Of a stretch of 64,000 nt of DNA, positions 42,004-51,614 are shown piece by piece (the first letter of the stretch is position 1; every line of letters starts with the position of its first letter). The notes under the pieces were generated by a model, which saw only the letters and a list, made by a program, of their open reading frames with translations, did not search any database and was not told the origin of the DNA. Source of the DNA: an uncultured Chthonomonadaceae bacterium (GTDB lineage: Bacteria > Armatimonadota > Chthonomonadetes > Chthonomonadales > Chthonomonadaceae); assembly GCA_963817895.1 (NCBI GenBank), contig CAWFQB010000004.1, forward strand, positions 768,001 to 832,000. The letters are read 5' to 3'. The position numbers and the translations under genes are program-made.

Positions 42004-43310
42004 GGCTGCGCTTCCTCTTTCTGTATACGCGATTTGACTTCGTGAAGGGCCTGTTCTGGCGTTTGTTCGCCGTAAAGGACTTTGTCGGTCGCGCTGCTCA
42101 TTTCGCTCATGTACAGACTGGCGGAGGGCATAGCGGGGAAATAAGTGGCGTTGGGGCTGTCGGCGAGGTCAAGGAACTTGCCGAACTGTTGGCGAAAGGC
42201 CGCGCCGGTTCTCAACTGGGGCGACTGAAGCGCGGCGCGGATGTTGGGAACGTTGTTCATATCGTGGGCAAAGGCGGTCTGGGCTTCGGGCGACTGCATC
42301 CACGCCAGAAACTCAGCCGCTTCGCGGGGGTGCTTGCTGTCGGTCGGGATGCAGAACACATTGCCGCCAATCCATGTGGTTTGGGCTTGTTCGGGGTGGG
42401 AAGCGGGCGGGGGAATGGGCGCGACGCCGTACCGCAATTGCGGGGCGTAGCGCGACACCCAGTAGGGATTCCATTCGCCGTCCAGCATCATCGCCACTTT
42501 GCCCACATAAAACGGGTTGTTCGCGCCCTGATTTTGTCCAAAGCCGGTGGTGAAAGCATTTATCTGCTCGATGCCGCCCAGTTTATCCACAAGCGTTTTG
42601 TACCATTCCAGCCCGGCTACATTGCCCGCCACATCCGGCGTCGCGGTTCCGGTTTGCGCATCCGTCAGACTGCCGCCGAACAGAAAGAACAGGATAAACA
42701 GGTCGTTGGGCGGGCGCAGGCCGAGCCGCGTGATTTTGCCGCTCGCGTCGCGTTGAGTCAGTTTCACGGCATAGTCGGCCATCTCTTCCAGCGTTTGGGG
42801 CGGGCGTTCGGGGTCAAGTCCGGCTTCCGCAAAGGCTTGTTTGTCCCACAGCAGAGCCACGTCGTCAATCAGGAACGGCAGGCCGTACAGGTGGTTTTCA
42901 TAGCGGCACAGGCGCAGGGACGCGGGTACGAAATCGGCTTCGCGCAGTGTCCCTTTTGTCAGCATGTCATCGAGTGGCAGCACGGCTTTGTTGCGAGCGA
43001 GCGCGCCTAAATACGCGGGGTTGGACAGCGTGAACACGTCCGGCGGCGCTCCGGCGACAAGGGCGCGAATGGTTTTGGTATCATCGCTGACCGCGCCCAG
43101 ATTGCGGATATGGATGCCGGGGTGACTGCGCTCATACAGGCGCAGGACGCGCTCGAAATTGCGCTCCTCCTGCCCGCTCCACATAGACCAGAGGGTGATT
43201 TCTTTATCGGAAGCGTTTCCCTCCGTTGTCCGTCGGCAGCCGCAGAGCAACGTGAGCAGCGCGATTACAAGCGCTATAAACTGATTCGCGTTGGAAGTTT
43301 CTACCCTCAT
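42000..43310 (-). CDS. Sugar ABC transporter substrate-binding lipoprotein
   Basis: Lipobox LLCGC, PPDV, LYGLPF, F..GKVAM..DG.W. Confidence 0.9.
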   Translation of the reverse strand: MRVETSNANQFIALVIALLTLLCGCRRTTEGNASDKEITLWSMWSGQEERNFERVLRLYERSHPGIHIRNLGAVSDDTKTIRALVAGAPPDVFTLSNPAYLGALARNKAVLPLDDMLTKGTLREADFVPASLRLCRYENHLYGLPFLIDDVALLWDKQAFAEAGLDPERPPQTLEEMADYAVKLTQRDASGKITRLGLRPPNDLFILFFLFGGSLTDAQTGTATPDVAGNVAGLEWYKTLVDKLGGIEQINAFTTGFGQNQGANNPFYVGKVAMMLDGEWNPYWVSRYAPQLRYGVAPIPPPASHPEQAQTTWIGGNVFCIPTDSKHPREAAEFLAWMQSPEAQTAFAHDMNNVPNIRAALQSPQLRTGAAFRQQFGKFLDLADSPNATYFPAMPSASLYMSEMSSATDKVLYGEQTPEQALHEVKSRIQKEEAQP

Positions 43311-43509
43311 CCGTCCTCCGGTCACCTTCTCCCTGCAAGGGAGAAGGCTGAATTGGTAATCTGGCGAGTTAATTACAGATTTGTTTCCCGTGTAAGCCTT
43401 CTAATTGGTTTCATCATCTCTGTTGAACCGGCCATTGAACACATTAGCCTTCTCCCTTGCAGGGAGAAGGTGACCCCCGACGGATGAGGGTAGAAACTTC
43501 CAACGCGAA
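43285..43509. repeat. About 225-bp MITE/REP-like element with about 65-bp terminal inverted repeats
   Basis: ttcgcgttggaagtttctaccctcatccgtc...gacggatgagggtagaaacttccaacgcgaa; homologous to 18898-19097. Confidence 0.88.
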
Positions 43510-43515
43510 CATCTC

Positions 43516-44109
43516 CTACATCGGATCATTGGCTTGATTGTAGGCGCGAAGCAGAGTTTCCGCATGGACGGGAGAAGAAACCGGCATGGCGGCGCGCAGA
43601 AGCGTATCGGGCGTGGAAGTGGGAGCGCTTCCCGCCCGCAGCAATACGGAACGCGGCTCAATAACGTCAATGGCTTTTTGCGCGGCCTGTATCAGCGCGT
43701 GGTGGCGATTGTGGCTCAGTTTGCGCAGAACCGGCAGGGCGCGGGCGTCGCCCAATTGTCCCATCAGGTTCACAATCTGTACCAGAAACGGCACGTCTTC
43801 AGGATACAGGTCAACGGCGCGGATTAGGGCAGGCATGCAGGAGGGATCGTTGAACTCCGCAAGCAGTTCCAACCCCTCCACGCGCACGTAGCGCCGCTGT
43901 GAAGTCAGTCGCGCGATACTGGCGCGCACTTTGGGCGTTTGTTTGCGATTGGTTAGCGGATGTTTTCCCTGTTGCCCCTCCCGGTACGCCGTCCATATCT
44001 CCTCGAATACGGAGGATACCAGCATCCACATCACGAAGCCGATGGCAGCCACAAGACCACCGCCGACGAGAAGGTTACTCATCAGCGCATCGAACGCGCT
44101 TTTGCCCAT
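43516..44109 (-). CDS. Membrane protein with HEAT repeats and a C-terminal triple LLRA tail
   Basis: TM helix, MGQLGDARALPVLRKL, SVLLRA...DTLLRA...ETLLRA. Confidence 0.8.
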   Translation of the reverse strand: MGKSAFDALMSNLLVGGGLVAAIGFVMWMLVSSVFEEIWTAYREGQQGKHPLTNRKQTPKVRASIARLTSQRRYVRVEGLELLAEFNDPSCMPALIRAVDLYPEDVPFLVQIVNLMGQLGDARALPVLRKLSHNRHHALIQAAQKAIDVIEPRSVLLRAGSAPTSTPDTLLRAAMPVSSPVHAETLLRAYNQANDPM

Positions 44110-44263
44110 GCCGTCCTCACATTCTACGGATAGGTCATGCCTGTGCCGTCAAACCTGTATTCCAAAATTTCCTGCTATACTTTAGCACTGAAAACCTATT
44201 TCGAGCAAGCAGGCGCGACATCCTGCCTGCTCATCTATATTGACGCATGAGGAAGGCGAAACA

Positions 44264-45136
44264 ATGGCGGTGAACGGGGCGAAACAACGATTTACGGGGT
44301 GCTATGTGGCGACACTGACGCCATTCCAGAACAACGACGCGGTGGATACAGGAGTCGTTCGGGAACACGCGCGCTGGCTGGTGGAAAACGGCGTGGAGGG
44401 GTTGTGTCCGGCGGGAACGACGGGCGAGTTCCTGTTCCTTGCCGATGACGAGAAACGCGCCATCATTTTGGCGGCAGTGGAGGGCGCGGCGGGGCGCGTT
44501 CCGGTTCTCGCGGGCGTGTGGGCAATCCGAATCGAAGCCGCTTGCAATCTGGCGCGTCATGCCGAAGACAGCGGGGCGCAGGGCGTGTTTTTGCCCACGC
44601 CTATTTATTACCCTGCCGATGATGACGCTATTTATCAGTGGTACGCGCAGGTGCGGAATGCCACAAGCCTGCCCGTATTCGCCTATAACATTCCGCAGTA
44701 CGCCGCTAATACCATCTCAATAGCCTGCCTGAAGCGGCTGTTCGCGGACGGGATTCTTGCGGGCGTGAAGGATTCGATGGGCAAAACCGAGCGCATGACG
44801 GAATTGGTAACGAATTTCGGCGCGGAGGGGGTTGTGTTCGCGGCCAGTGATGGCTTTGCCGCTGAAGGGCGTCAAATCGGCGCGGACGGGTTCATTTCAG
44901 CTATCGGCAACGCCACGCCGCGCTTGTTCGCGGAATTATGGGCTGGAAACGACAGTTTGCAGCCGCAGATAAACGCGTTGCGAACCACGCTGAAACAAAT
45001 GGGTTCTATCTCGGCTCTGAAGTACCTGTGCGCGAGACAGGGTTTTCCAATGGGACACGCCCGCCTGCCGTTTTCGGAACTGACGCCCGAACAACGCGCC
45101 CTTCTGGATGCGGTAACGCTTTCGGCAGAGGAGTAA
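44264..45136 (+). CDS. Dihydrodipicolinate synthase family protein
   Basis: TPF, GTTGEF, YNIP, GVKDS Schiff-base Lys. Confidence 0.9.
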   Translation: MAVNGAKQRFTGCYVATLTPFQNNDAVDTGVVREHARWLVENGVEGLCPAGTTGEFLFLADDEKRAIILAAVEGAAGRVPVLAGVWAIRIEAACNLARHAEDSGAQGVFLPTPIYYPADDDAIYQWYAQVRNATSLPVFAYNIPQYAANTISIACLKRLFADGILAGVKDSMGKTERMTELVTNFGAEGVVFAASDGFAAEGRQIGADGFISAIGNATPRLFAELWAGNDSLQPQINALRTTLKQMGSISALKYLCARQGFPMGHARLPFSELTPEQRALLDAVTLSAEE

Positions 45137-45191
45137 AATTGCTGTCTGCCCTCCACTGCCTGCCCGAAGTGGAATCGCGAAGAAGGCTGCC

Positions 45192-46046
45192 ATGCCCAAC
45201 TCCAAACCCGATAAAGCCTCCCGAATGGAAGCCCTGCGCCTGACCAAACACCTTGCCCGGTTAAAGGCAGATTGGGCGTCCGAACCGCTGCTGTCCGAAC
45301 TTCCGCCGCGCCTGATAGCCGCGCTGCAATACGAGATTGCGGAAGCGGACTTCAGCCGCTCGACACTGGGGTCGCTCGGTTGGATAGTCTTTGCCTGCGT
45401 GTGGGGCATCGCCACTGTGTATCATTATGGGTGGGTATGGTACCTTGCTCTGATCCTGGTGCTGATTTTCGGTTTCATGCGATCCCGAAACGCGCAGACG
45501 CAACGCTACGCCGTATACGCCCTGACTCAAACCAACGATGTTTTTGTACTGCCGACGCTGATAAAAGCCACGCAACAGCCATTGGGCCGTGACCCTGCTG
45601 TGATTGCCGCCATTCACCGCCTGCTGCAACAGGTGACAGAAACGGATAGCGGGTTGCTGAACCGCGAAGCGCAGGAGACGCTCTGGAATATGGCCGTGCT
45701 GCCCCTGACCCTGCGCAACAACGCGGACGAAGCCTTTGCCTTCAGCGCATTGCAGGCGTTGGCGCATATCGGCGACCGCGAAACCCTGACGGCCATGCAG
45801 CGAATCGCGGGCCATTCCGCCGTGTACCCGGCAGAACATCGGCTCAATGAGCGGACGCGAAAATTGGTGTTGCTAATGGAGGCGCGGCTACAGCGGCAGG
45901 AGGTGCCGCAAACCCTGTTGCGCGCGTCCGGCAGGCCCGACGCGACGCCCGATACTCTGTTACGCGCTCATGCCGCCCCCGCCTCCGAACCGCCCCAACA
46001 ACTACTGCGCGCGAGCGCGTCGGACGGCGGCAAAGCGGAGGATTAG
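45192..46046 (+). CDS. Membrane protein with a HEAT-like region and a C-terminal triple LLRA tail
   Basis: Two TM helices, LAHIGDRETL, QTLLRA...DTLLRA...QQLLRA. Confidence 0.8.
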   Translation: MPNSKPDKASRMEALRLTKHLARLKADWASEPLLSELPPRLIAALQYEIAEADFSRSTLGSLGWIVFACVWGIATVYHYGWVWYLALILVLIFGFMRSRNAQTQRYAVYALTQTNDVFVLPTLIKATQQPLGRDPAVIAAIHRLLQQVTETDSGLLNREAQETLWNMAVLPLTLRNNADEAFAFSALQALAHIGDRETLTAMQRIAGHSAVYPAEHRLNERTRKLVLLMEARLQRQEVPQTLLRASGRPDATPDTLLRAHAAPASEPPQQLLRASASDGGKAED

Positions 46047-46059
46047 CAGCCCGATTTGT

Positions 46060-46677
46060 CTACAGGTTCCAGGCGCGGAGCAGGTCGCGGGTGGTGGGGA
46101 GAGGCCGCTGCCAGAGCCATCTTACATCCAGCCCCAACCCCAACAGGACGCGGCTGTGGAAGATGTGATCCGCGCCTACGGAACTTTCCTGATAAATGCC
46201 GTTTGCATCCAGAGAATAGAAGCGGCTTTGTTGGTTCTCATAATCCACAAGCCAGTATTCCGGCACACCGCCCTGCGCGTATTCTCGAAGTTTGTCTACG
46301 GTGTCTCTCTGACGGCTTTCCGGGCTGATGACCTCAACAGCGAGGTCACAGGGGCCATCCAGAAAGTTGCGCCGCAATCGTTCTCGATGCGCGTTGGCAA
46401 GGAACATAACATCGGGAGAACGGCCAGGCAAGCCAACGCCCGTCTTCATATTGAACGGATCGCCGCGCACAACCCCCGCCTGATGCTCTTCAGCCCATAG
46501 ACGCAGTAAAACCATGATAAAGATGCTGACGTCGCTGTGTTCCTCCGAAACCATGCTGATGTCAATAACCTTTCCGTTTACCCATTCGGTGCAGTGATTT
46601 TCTTCCTCGTTCGCCAGATACTCCTCGTAGGTGATGTATCGTGATGCAATGGGCGGCAGCCGCGTCTCAATCGCCAT
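46060..46677 (-). CDS. Uma2 (DUF820) family endonuclease
   Basis: EWVNG, PD, DLAVEVISP, DK..EY..GGVPEYWLVD. Confidence 0.9.
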   Translation of the reverse strand: MAIETRLPPIASRYITYEEYLANEEENHCTEWVNGKVIDISMVSEEHSDVSIFIMVLLRLWAEEHQAGVVRGDPFNMKTGVGLPGRSPDVMFLANAHRERLRRNFLDGPCDLAVEVISPESRQRDTVDKLREYAQGGVPEYWLVDYENQQSRFYSLDANGIYQESSVGADHIFHSRVLLGLGLDVRWLWQRPLPTTRDLLRAWNL

Positions 46678-46784
46678 AATGATTTACCTCCTTCTCTATA
46701 TTCTGCTATGGATGCTCCCGCGTCATGTAATACGTTGATTGGGCTGTCCCAACACCCAACACCGAAAACCCAATACCCGCCTTG

Positions 46785-46998
46785 TTACGCTTTGAGCAGA
46801 ATAGATTCCTTCTGGAAAGCGTGGGCGGCGAACATCACGGCTGCGGTCGCGTACAGCAGGGAGGCCGCGCTCGCGCCGATGAGAAACGGCAGATTGGTCA
46901 CGCCCTCCAACGCCTGCTTCACGACCATTGCCGCGTTCGCGACCGGAACCAGCGTCCAGAACAGGGGCGTTTCTGCTTTCAGGAACATCGTCGTCATG
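46785..46998 (-). pseudogene. 214-bp duplicate of the 3' end of the NatB-like permease (49350-49563)
   Basis: Same 70-aa translation; about 12 nucleotide differences, all apparently synonymous. Confidence 0.9.
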
Positions 46999-47099
46999 TT
47001 TGTCATGTCCATCAAGCAACAATTTGATTAGATTGTCAATTTTGCGCCCTGACATAGCAGGTTTTTAACTTTGCCATCTCGAAATAATTGTCATAAACC

Positions 47100-47570
47100 A
47101 TGAAGGTCGAGGGTATAGGCTATGCTACTTTGGCACATCCATTCAATGCTAGGACGAGAATTAGATGTCACCGCGAACATGTTGCGGCAAATCTTCACCA
47201 CCTGCCTTTGCGTAAGGACGACAATATAACTCTTCTCAGGGTTTCTTTCGACGCACAGGGAACCTCACCGGACGACATACGCAATCTGACACAGAATGGT
47301 CAGATGCTACACGCGGCAGGCATCTTGAATACGCATTGGAAAGATTACTCAGCTTTGCATCTCGCAGAACAAGCCGGGCTGCATACCGTTGAGTGGGATT
47401 ACACAGGAGATGCTACTCCGGCAACACTTGAGTTGACAGTGTTGTATCCGCATCTCGACAAAGTACAAGTTAAGGCGCGTCTGCAAACTATTTGCGGCGT
47501 TGAGGTTATAGAAGTAAACGGAGATTTATTGTACGACATCTATACTGGAGTGCCATTCAACAACGAGTGA
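47100..47570 (+). CDS. Hypothetical protein in the inserted island (true start possibly 47122, with a frameshift near 47200)
   Basis: Long ORF in a lower-GC segment; no recognised motif. Confidence 0.5.
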   Translation: MKVEGIGYATLAHPFNARTRIRCHREHVAANLHHLPLRKDDNITLLRVSFDAQGTSPDDIRNLTQNGQMLHAAGILNTHWKDYSALHLAEQAGLHTVEWDYTGDATPATLELTVLYPHLDKVQVKARLQTICGVEVIEVNGDLLYDIYTGVPFNNE

Positions 47571-48296
47571 TTGCCTGTACCTGCTTTGTATCGCAAGCGC
47601 GTTGTACGGATCGCGAATGAGGCGCGGAGTCGGGGAGTCGGCCTTCAGATTGCCGACAACAACCAGCCAGTAATTGTTTTTTCGGAGTTTTGCTTCCGTC
47701 CATTCTCGATCCGTGAACAGAATCCCACCGCGAGTTTCTTTTAGCCCCTTCACTTCGATTGCCCATTCAGGCTTATCCTTTACGCCGAAGTCAAAGCCGC
47801 AAGCCGTATTTCGCAAATCAAGAATGTTGTTGTTGAAAACTTGAACCAGCGCATGAGAATGTTGAAGGAAATACTCTTCTGCGCGTCGTCCCGTTAAAAG
47901 CCGTTCGGCAACATTATGGGCTACGCGATTAACAACCGCAAGAGCGTCTATGGCTTCCACAATCTCGTTCTCATCACGCTTTAGAATACGCTCGACAAGT
48001 TCAAGCAGAGCATCATCGCTGACATCTTTCAGTTCATCAAGTACGCGCTGACGATTCGGGCGTAAAATGCGTTGATGCCAGCCGCGACGCGGGTTGGAGT
48101 GGACAGGATCGAACTCATCCCGCAAGTTATCAAAAGTTCGTGGTGGTTTGGCAAGTGACTTTGCTGCTTCGGCAAATGCCTGTTCCCACGTTTTGAATTC
48201 CCGCGCCGCCAGATAGCCAGTATCAAGGCGGCTCATGGCGTAACCAATGACGATAGCCTCGGTTTCAATACGAAAACGTTTGCGTTCTTCCGACAT
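47526..48296 (-). CDS. DUF3883 (PD-(D/E)XK) endonuclease with an N-terminal putative DNA-recognition domain
   Basis: G..AE..F, GFDF, IEVKG, FT..EW, YWL.VV; N-terminal NLRDEFDP.H.N.R.GWH. Confidence 0.78.
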   Translation of the reverse strand: MSEERKRFRIETEAIVIGYAMSRLDTGYLAAREFKTWEQAFAEAAKSLAKPPRTFDNLRDEFDPVHSNPRRGWHQRILRPNRQRVLDELKDVSDDALLELVERILKRDENEIVEAIDALAVVNRVAHNVAERLLTGRRAEEYFLQHSHALVQVFNNNILDLRNTACGFDFGVKDKPEWAIEVKGLKETRGGILFTDREWTEAKLRKNNYWLVVVGNLKADSPTPRLIRDPYNALAIQSRYRQSLVVEWHSSIDVVQ

Positions 48297-48330
48297 TTTA
48301 GTTGCCCTGATACAGAGTGTCATCGGCGGT

Positions 48331-49217
48331 TCATGCCGAGCGGGAATGATAATAGGTCGCGGCGTTCCCCGCCTGCTTACGCGCTTGACCTGTTGTGCCA
48401 ACAATTCGGTAGGTATCAGGAAAGCCCTGCAACCGCAGCATTTCACGCGGCGTTAAACGTCTCTCGCCGTTTACGAGCAAGTAGTTGTAACTTGCCCCTG
48501 CGCGAAGAGCGCAACTGTAAGGATACGCGCTGATATGTCCCGCTTTGTTTTCGTGCCAGATGGTTGGTTCTTCGCTTGGTTGACAACGTTCAAGACGACG
48601 TAGGCGGATGTGTTCAGAAGCGTAGAATTCAGCAGGAACATCCTTCTCTAAAATCTCAGAGAGCGGTGTCATGGGGGCAGGAGAAAGAGGCCACGAGAAT
48701 GCGCAGTCGTGTTTGAACCCTACGATTATGATGCGTTCGCTTTCTGTGGCACTCCAAAGTTCAAGGCATTCAAAACTCTATGAGAGTGTTTGTACTTTAA
48801 TTCATCAAGCGTCTCTAAAATTCGGCTCAAAGTACGGCCTTCATCGTGAGTCGCTAGTTGTTTAACATTTTCCAACACGAAGGCTTCAGGTCTTTTCGCT
48901 TTCAGTATACGGGCTATGTCGAAGAACAGCGTACCTCGCGTGTCTTCAAAGCCCTTGGACGCGCCCATGATGCTGAACGGCTGACACGGAAAGCCGGCAA
49001 GCAGAAGTTCGTGATCGGGAATGTCATTCGCGCCAACCGGCTTTATATCTCCGACCGGTATTTCGCCAAAATTAGCCTTGTAAGCGCGTTGCGCATCTTT
49101 GTCAATGTCGCTAGAAAATACGCACTCATGATCTATTTGCCTACTCTGCAATGCCTGCTCTGCACCTAAGCGAAATCCTCCGATGCCGCAAAATAGGTCA
49201 ATAAAGCGTATCTTCAT
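48331..49217 (-). CDS. DNA (cytosine-5) methyltransferase, frameshift near 48740, atypical end after motif X
   Basis: IDLFCGIGG, GFPCQPFS, ENV, RRLTPREMLRLQGFPD, KQAGNA. Confidence 0.88.
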
Positions 49218-49349
49218 GTTCTTCTCCGATGCGTTGTGAGTTTGTACGCTAATTATAGTAGAAACTCGTCAGAAAATCAACAGGTAGGAAAAACGTGATG
49301 CCATGGGCGGCAGCCGCATTTCAATCGCCATCGTTTCTTTCCTCCTGTT

Positions 49350-50540
49350 TTACGCTTTGAGCAGAATAGATTCTTTTTGAAAGGCGTGGGCGGCGAACAT
49401 CACGGCTGCGGTCGCATATAGCAGGGACGCCGCGCTCGCGCCGATGAGAAACGGCAGATTGGTCACGCCCTCCAGCGCCTGCTTTACGACCATAGCCGCG
49501 TTCGCGACGGGAACCAGCGTCCAGAACAGGGGCGTTTCCGCTTTCAGGAACATCGTCGTCATGGCGAGAACGGTTACAATCAGCAGAATGGGCGCGAGAT
49601 ATGTTTGCGCTTCCTTCTGGTTGCGGGCGAAGGTGGAAATGGTCAGCAGGATTCCCGCCCCAAGCACGGCAAGCGGAATTTGCACCAGCAGCATGGCAAG
49701 CACCGAAATGGGATGCAGCGACAATCCCTCCTTCGTCATCCAACTGAAAAAGGGCAGTTTCACGTAAAACGGCCACACGAACCCGGCAAGCGACAGCAGG
49801 CAGCTTACAAGGGAAACGGACGCGACGGCCATGAACTTGCCCAATACGAGATCGCGGCGGGACGCGGGCGAAACCAACAGCGTTTCCAGTGTGCCGCGCT
49901 CCTTTTCTCCCGCAACCGAGTCGTTGGCGAGATACACGCCGCCCATCAGGGTTGACACGGCAAGGACATAGGGCAGAAATGTCGCCAGCAGCAATGTGCT
50001 TGCGCTTGACCCGCCGCCAACTCCCTCCTGCTCCGTGTCAAAGGGCGTTGCAAGCTGCTGCGACAGGCCGTTCTCCATCAGGCGCGATGCGACAAGCCGC
50101 TTGCCCCGCTCCTCAAACAGACTGTTCAGACGACTCGCCCCCTCCTGCGATGCCTGCGAACCCTTGTCCAGCAGAATTGTCACGGTTACGGGATGTTGTT
50201 CCTTAATCTGTTGTTCCGCGTCGTCGGGCAGAATCGCCGCCGCCCTTACTTTGCGCGATTTGATCTGCGCTTCCGCCTCTGCGCGACTTGTCTCTACAAT
50301 TGCTACATTGGGCGCGCCGCGCAGGATATTGCGGACACTGGGCGCTTTGTCAAGATTGACAAACGCGACCGTAATCGTCTCTTTCTGCGCGTCCGTCACC
50401 TGCTTCCGCGCCATCGTGCCGACAAGCGCGAGGATGAGCGGCGTAATCAGCAGGGGCGATATAATCAGCGCGAAACGGGTACGCGCTTCCCGAAATACTT
50501 CTAGAAACTCTTTGCGAAATACTACCTGCCAGGGCTGCAT
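49350..50540 (-). CDS. NatB-like ABC-2 transporter permease
   Basis: VFRKE...FRE.RT, AGEKERGTLETLL.SP.SR..LVLGK. Confidence 0.88.
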   Translation of the reverse strand: MQPWQVVFRKEFLEVFREARTRFALIISPLLITPLILALVGTMARKQVTDAQKETITVAFVNLDKAPSVRNILRGAPNVAIVETSRAEAEAQIKSRKVRAAAILPDDAEQQIKEQHPVTVTILLDKGSQASQEGASRLNSLFEERGKRLVASRLMENGLSQQLATPFDTEQEGVGGGSSASTLLLATFLPYVLAVSTLMGGVYLANDSVAGEKERGTLETLLVSPASRRDLVLGKFMAVASVSLVSCLLSLAGFVWPFYVKLPFFSWMTKEGLSLHPISVLAMLLVQIPLAVLGAGILLTISTFARNQKEAQTYLAPILLIVTVLAMTTMFLKAETPLFWTLVPVANAAMVVKQALEGVTNLPFLIGASAASLLYATAAVMFAAHAFQKESILLKA

Positions 50541-50557
50541 AGGATACTCCAATTCTT

Positions 50558-50680
50558 TAGGTTGTTAGGTTGTTAGTTGTTAGGTTGTTAGGTGAGGAGG
50601 GGAAGATGAGCCAGTTACGGAGAATCTAATGCCTGACAACGAACAACCTAAACAACTAACAACCTAACAACTAACAACCT
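50558..50680. repeat. Inverted arrays of 7-8-nt tandem repeats (taggttgt / acaaccta) overlapping the ATPase stop
   Basis: Seen directly. Confidence 0.85.
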
Positions 50681-51437
50681 CTTCCACTTCTTCGTCTTCA
50701 CCGATGAGGCGGAGAAAAACGGTTTCAAACGGGGTTGTGGGGCTTGCGCCGACTTGCTGCTGCAACTGCGCCCGCGTCCCTTCGGCGCAAATTCGGCCCC
50801 GATATACGACGGCAATGCGGTCGCATAGCGCTTCCACTTCGCTCATGATGTGCGTGGAGAAAATTACGGTGCGGCCCTCTGTCCGGCAGCGGCGGATGAA
50901 GCGAACGACGGTGCGGGCGGCCATAACATCTAAGCCACTGGTCGGCTCATCGAAAAACAGCACGGGCGGCTCGTGCAGAACGGAACGGGCGATAGAAACG
51001 CGCTGCCGCTGCCCGGTTGAAAGTTTGTCGCAGCGCCGGTCCGCGAACTCGCCCATTTCCAGCGTGTCCATCAGGTCGTCAATGCAGCGAATTCGGGTTT
51101 GCGCGGAAAGCTGGTACAGGTCGGCGAAATAGTTCAGCAGTTCGCGTACCGTCAGTCGCTCGTACAATCCGGCGGAACCCGTGAGATAGCCGATATTGGC
51201 GCGTACCTTTTCAGCGTCCCGCGCAATGTCATAGCCCATAATTCGCGCCGTGCCGGTTGTCGGCGTTAAAATGGTTGCCAGCATCCGTATCAACGTGGTT
51301 TTGCCCGCCCCGTTCGGGCCGAGCAATCCGAATATCTCGCCCGGACGGGCGGTAAACGACACCTCTTCCACTGCCTGCACTTTCGTCTTTGTTTTGGCGT
51401 CCACAAACACTTTGCCAAGCGATTCCGCTTCAATCAT
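50664..51437 (-). CDS. NatA-like ABC transporter ATP-binding protein
   Basis: GPNGAGKTT, LSTGQRQR, FFDEPTSGLD, FSTHIM. Confidence 0.92.
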   Translation of the reverse strand: MIEAESLGKVFVDAKTKTKVQAVEEVSFTARPGEIFGLLGPNGAGKTTLIRMLATILTPTTGTARIMGYDIARDAEKVRANIGYLTGSAGLYERLTVRELLNYFADLYQLSAQTRIRCIDDLMDTLEMGEFADRRCDKLSTGQRQRVSIARSVLHEPPVLFFDEPTSGLDVMAARTVVRFIRRCRTEGRTVIFSTHIMSEVEALCDRIAVVYRGRICAEGTRAQLQQQVGASPTTPFETVFLRLIGEDEEVEEVVSC

Positions 51438-51614
51438 ATTCAAACGTATCCTTTTCAAACTTACTGTCGCCGCATTATTCCCGCGAATGGAACGCCGCTC
51501 TGCCGTATCCATTTCGCATATAGCGTACAATATCAACCGGAAAAGAGGCACTCAGGTTTCATCAATTTGGGTTCGGTCTGAAAAAGGCGGTCTGTTCACG
51601 CTATTCTACCGGTT

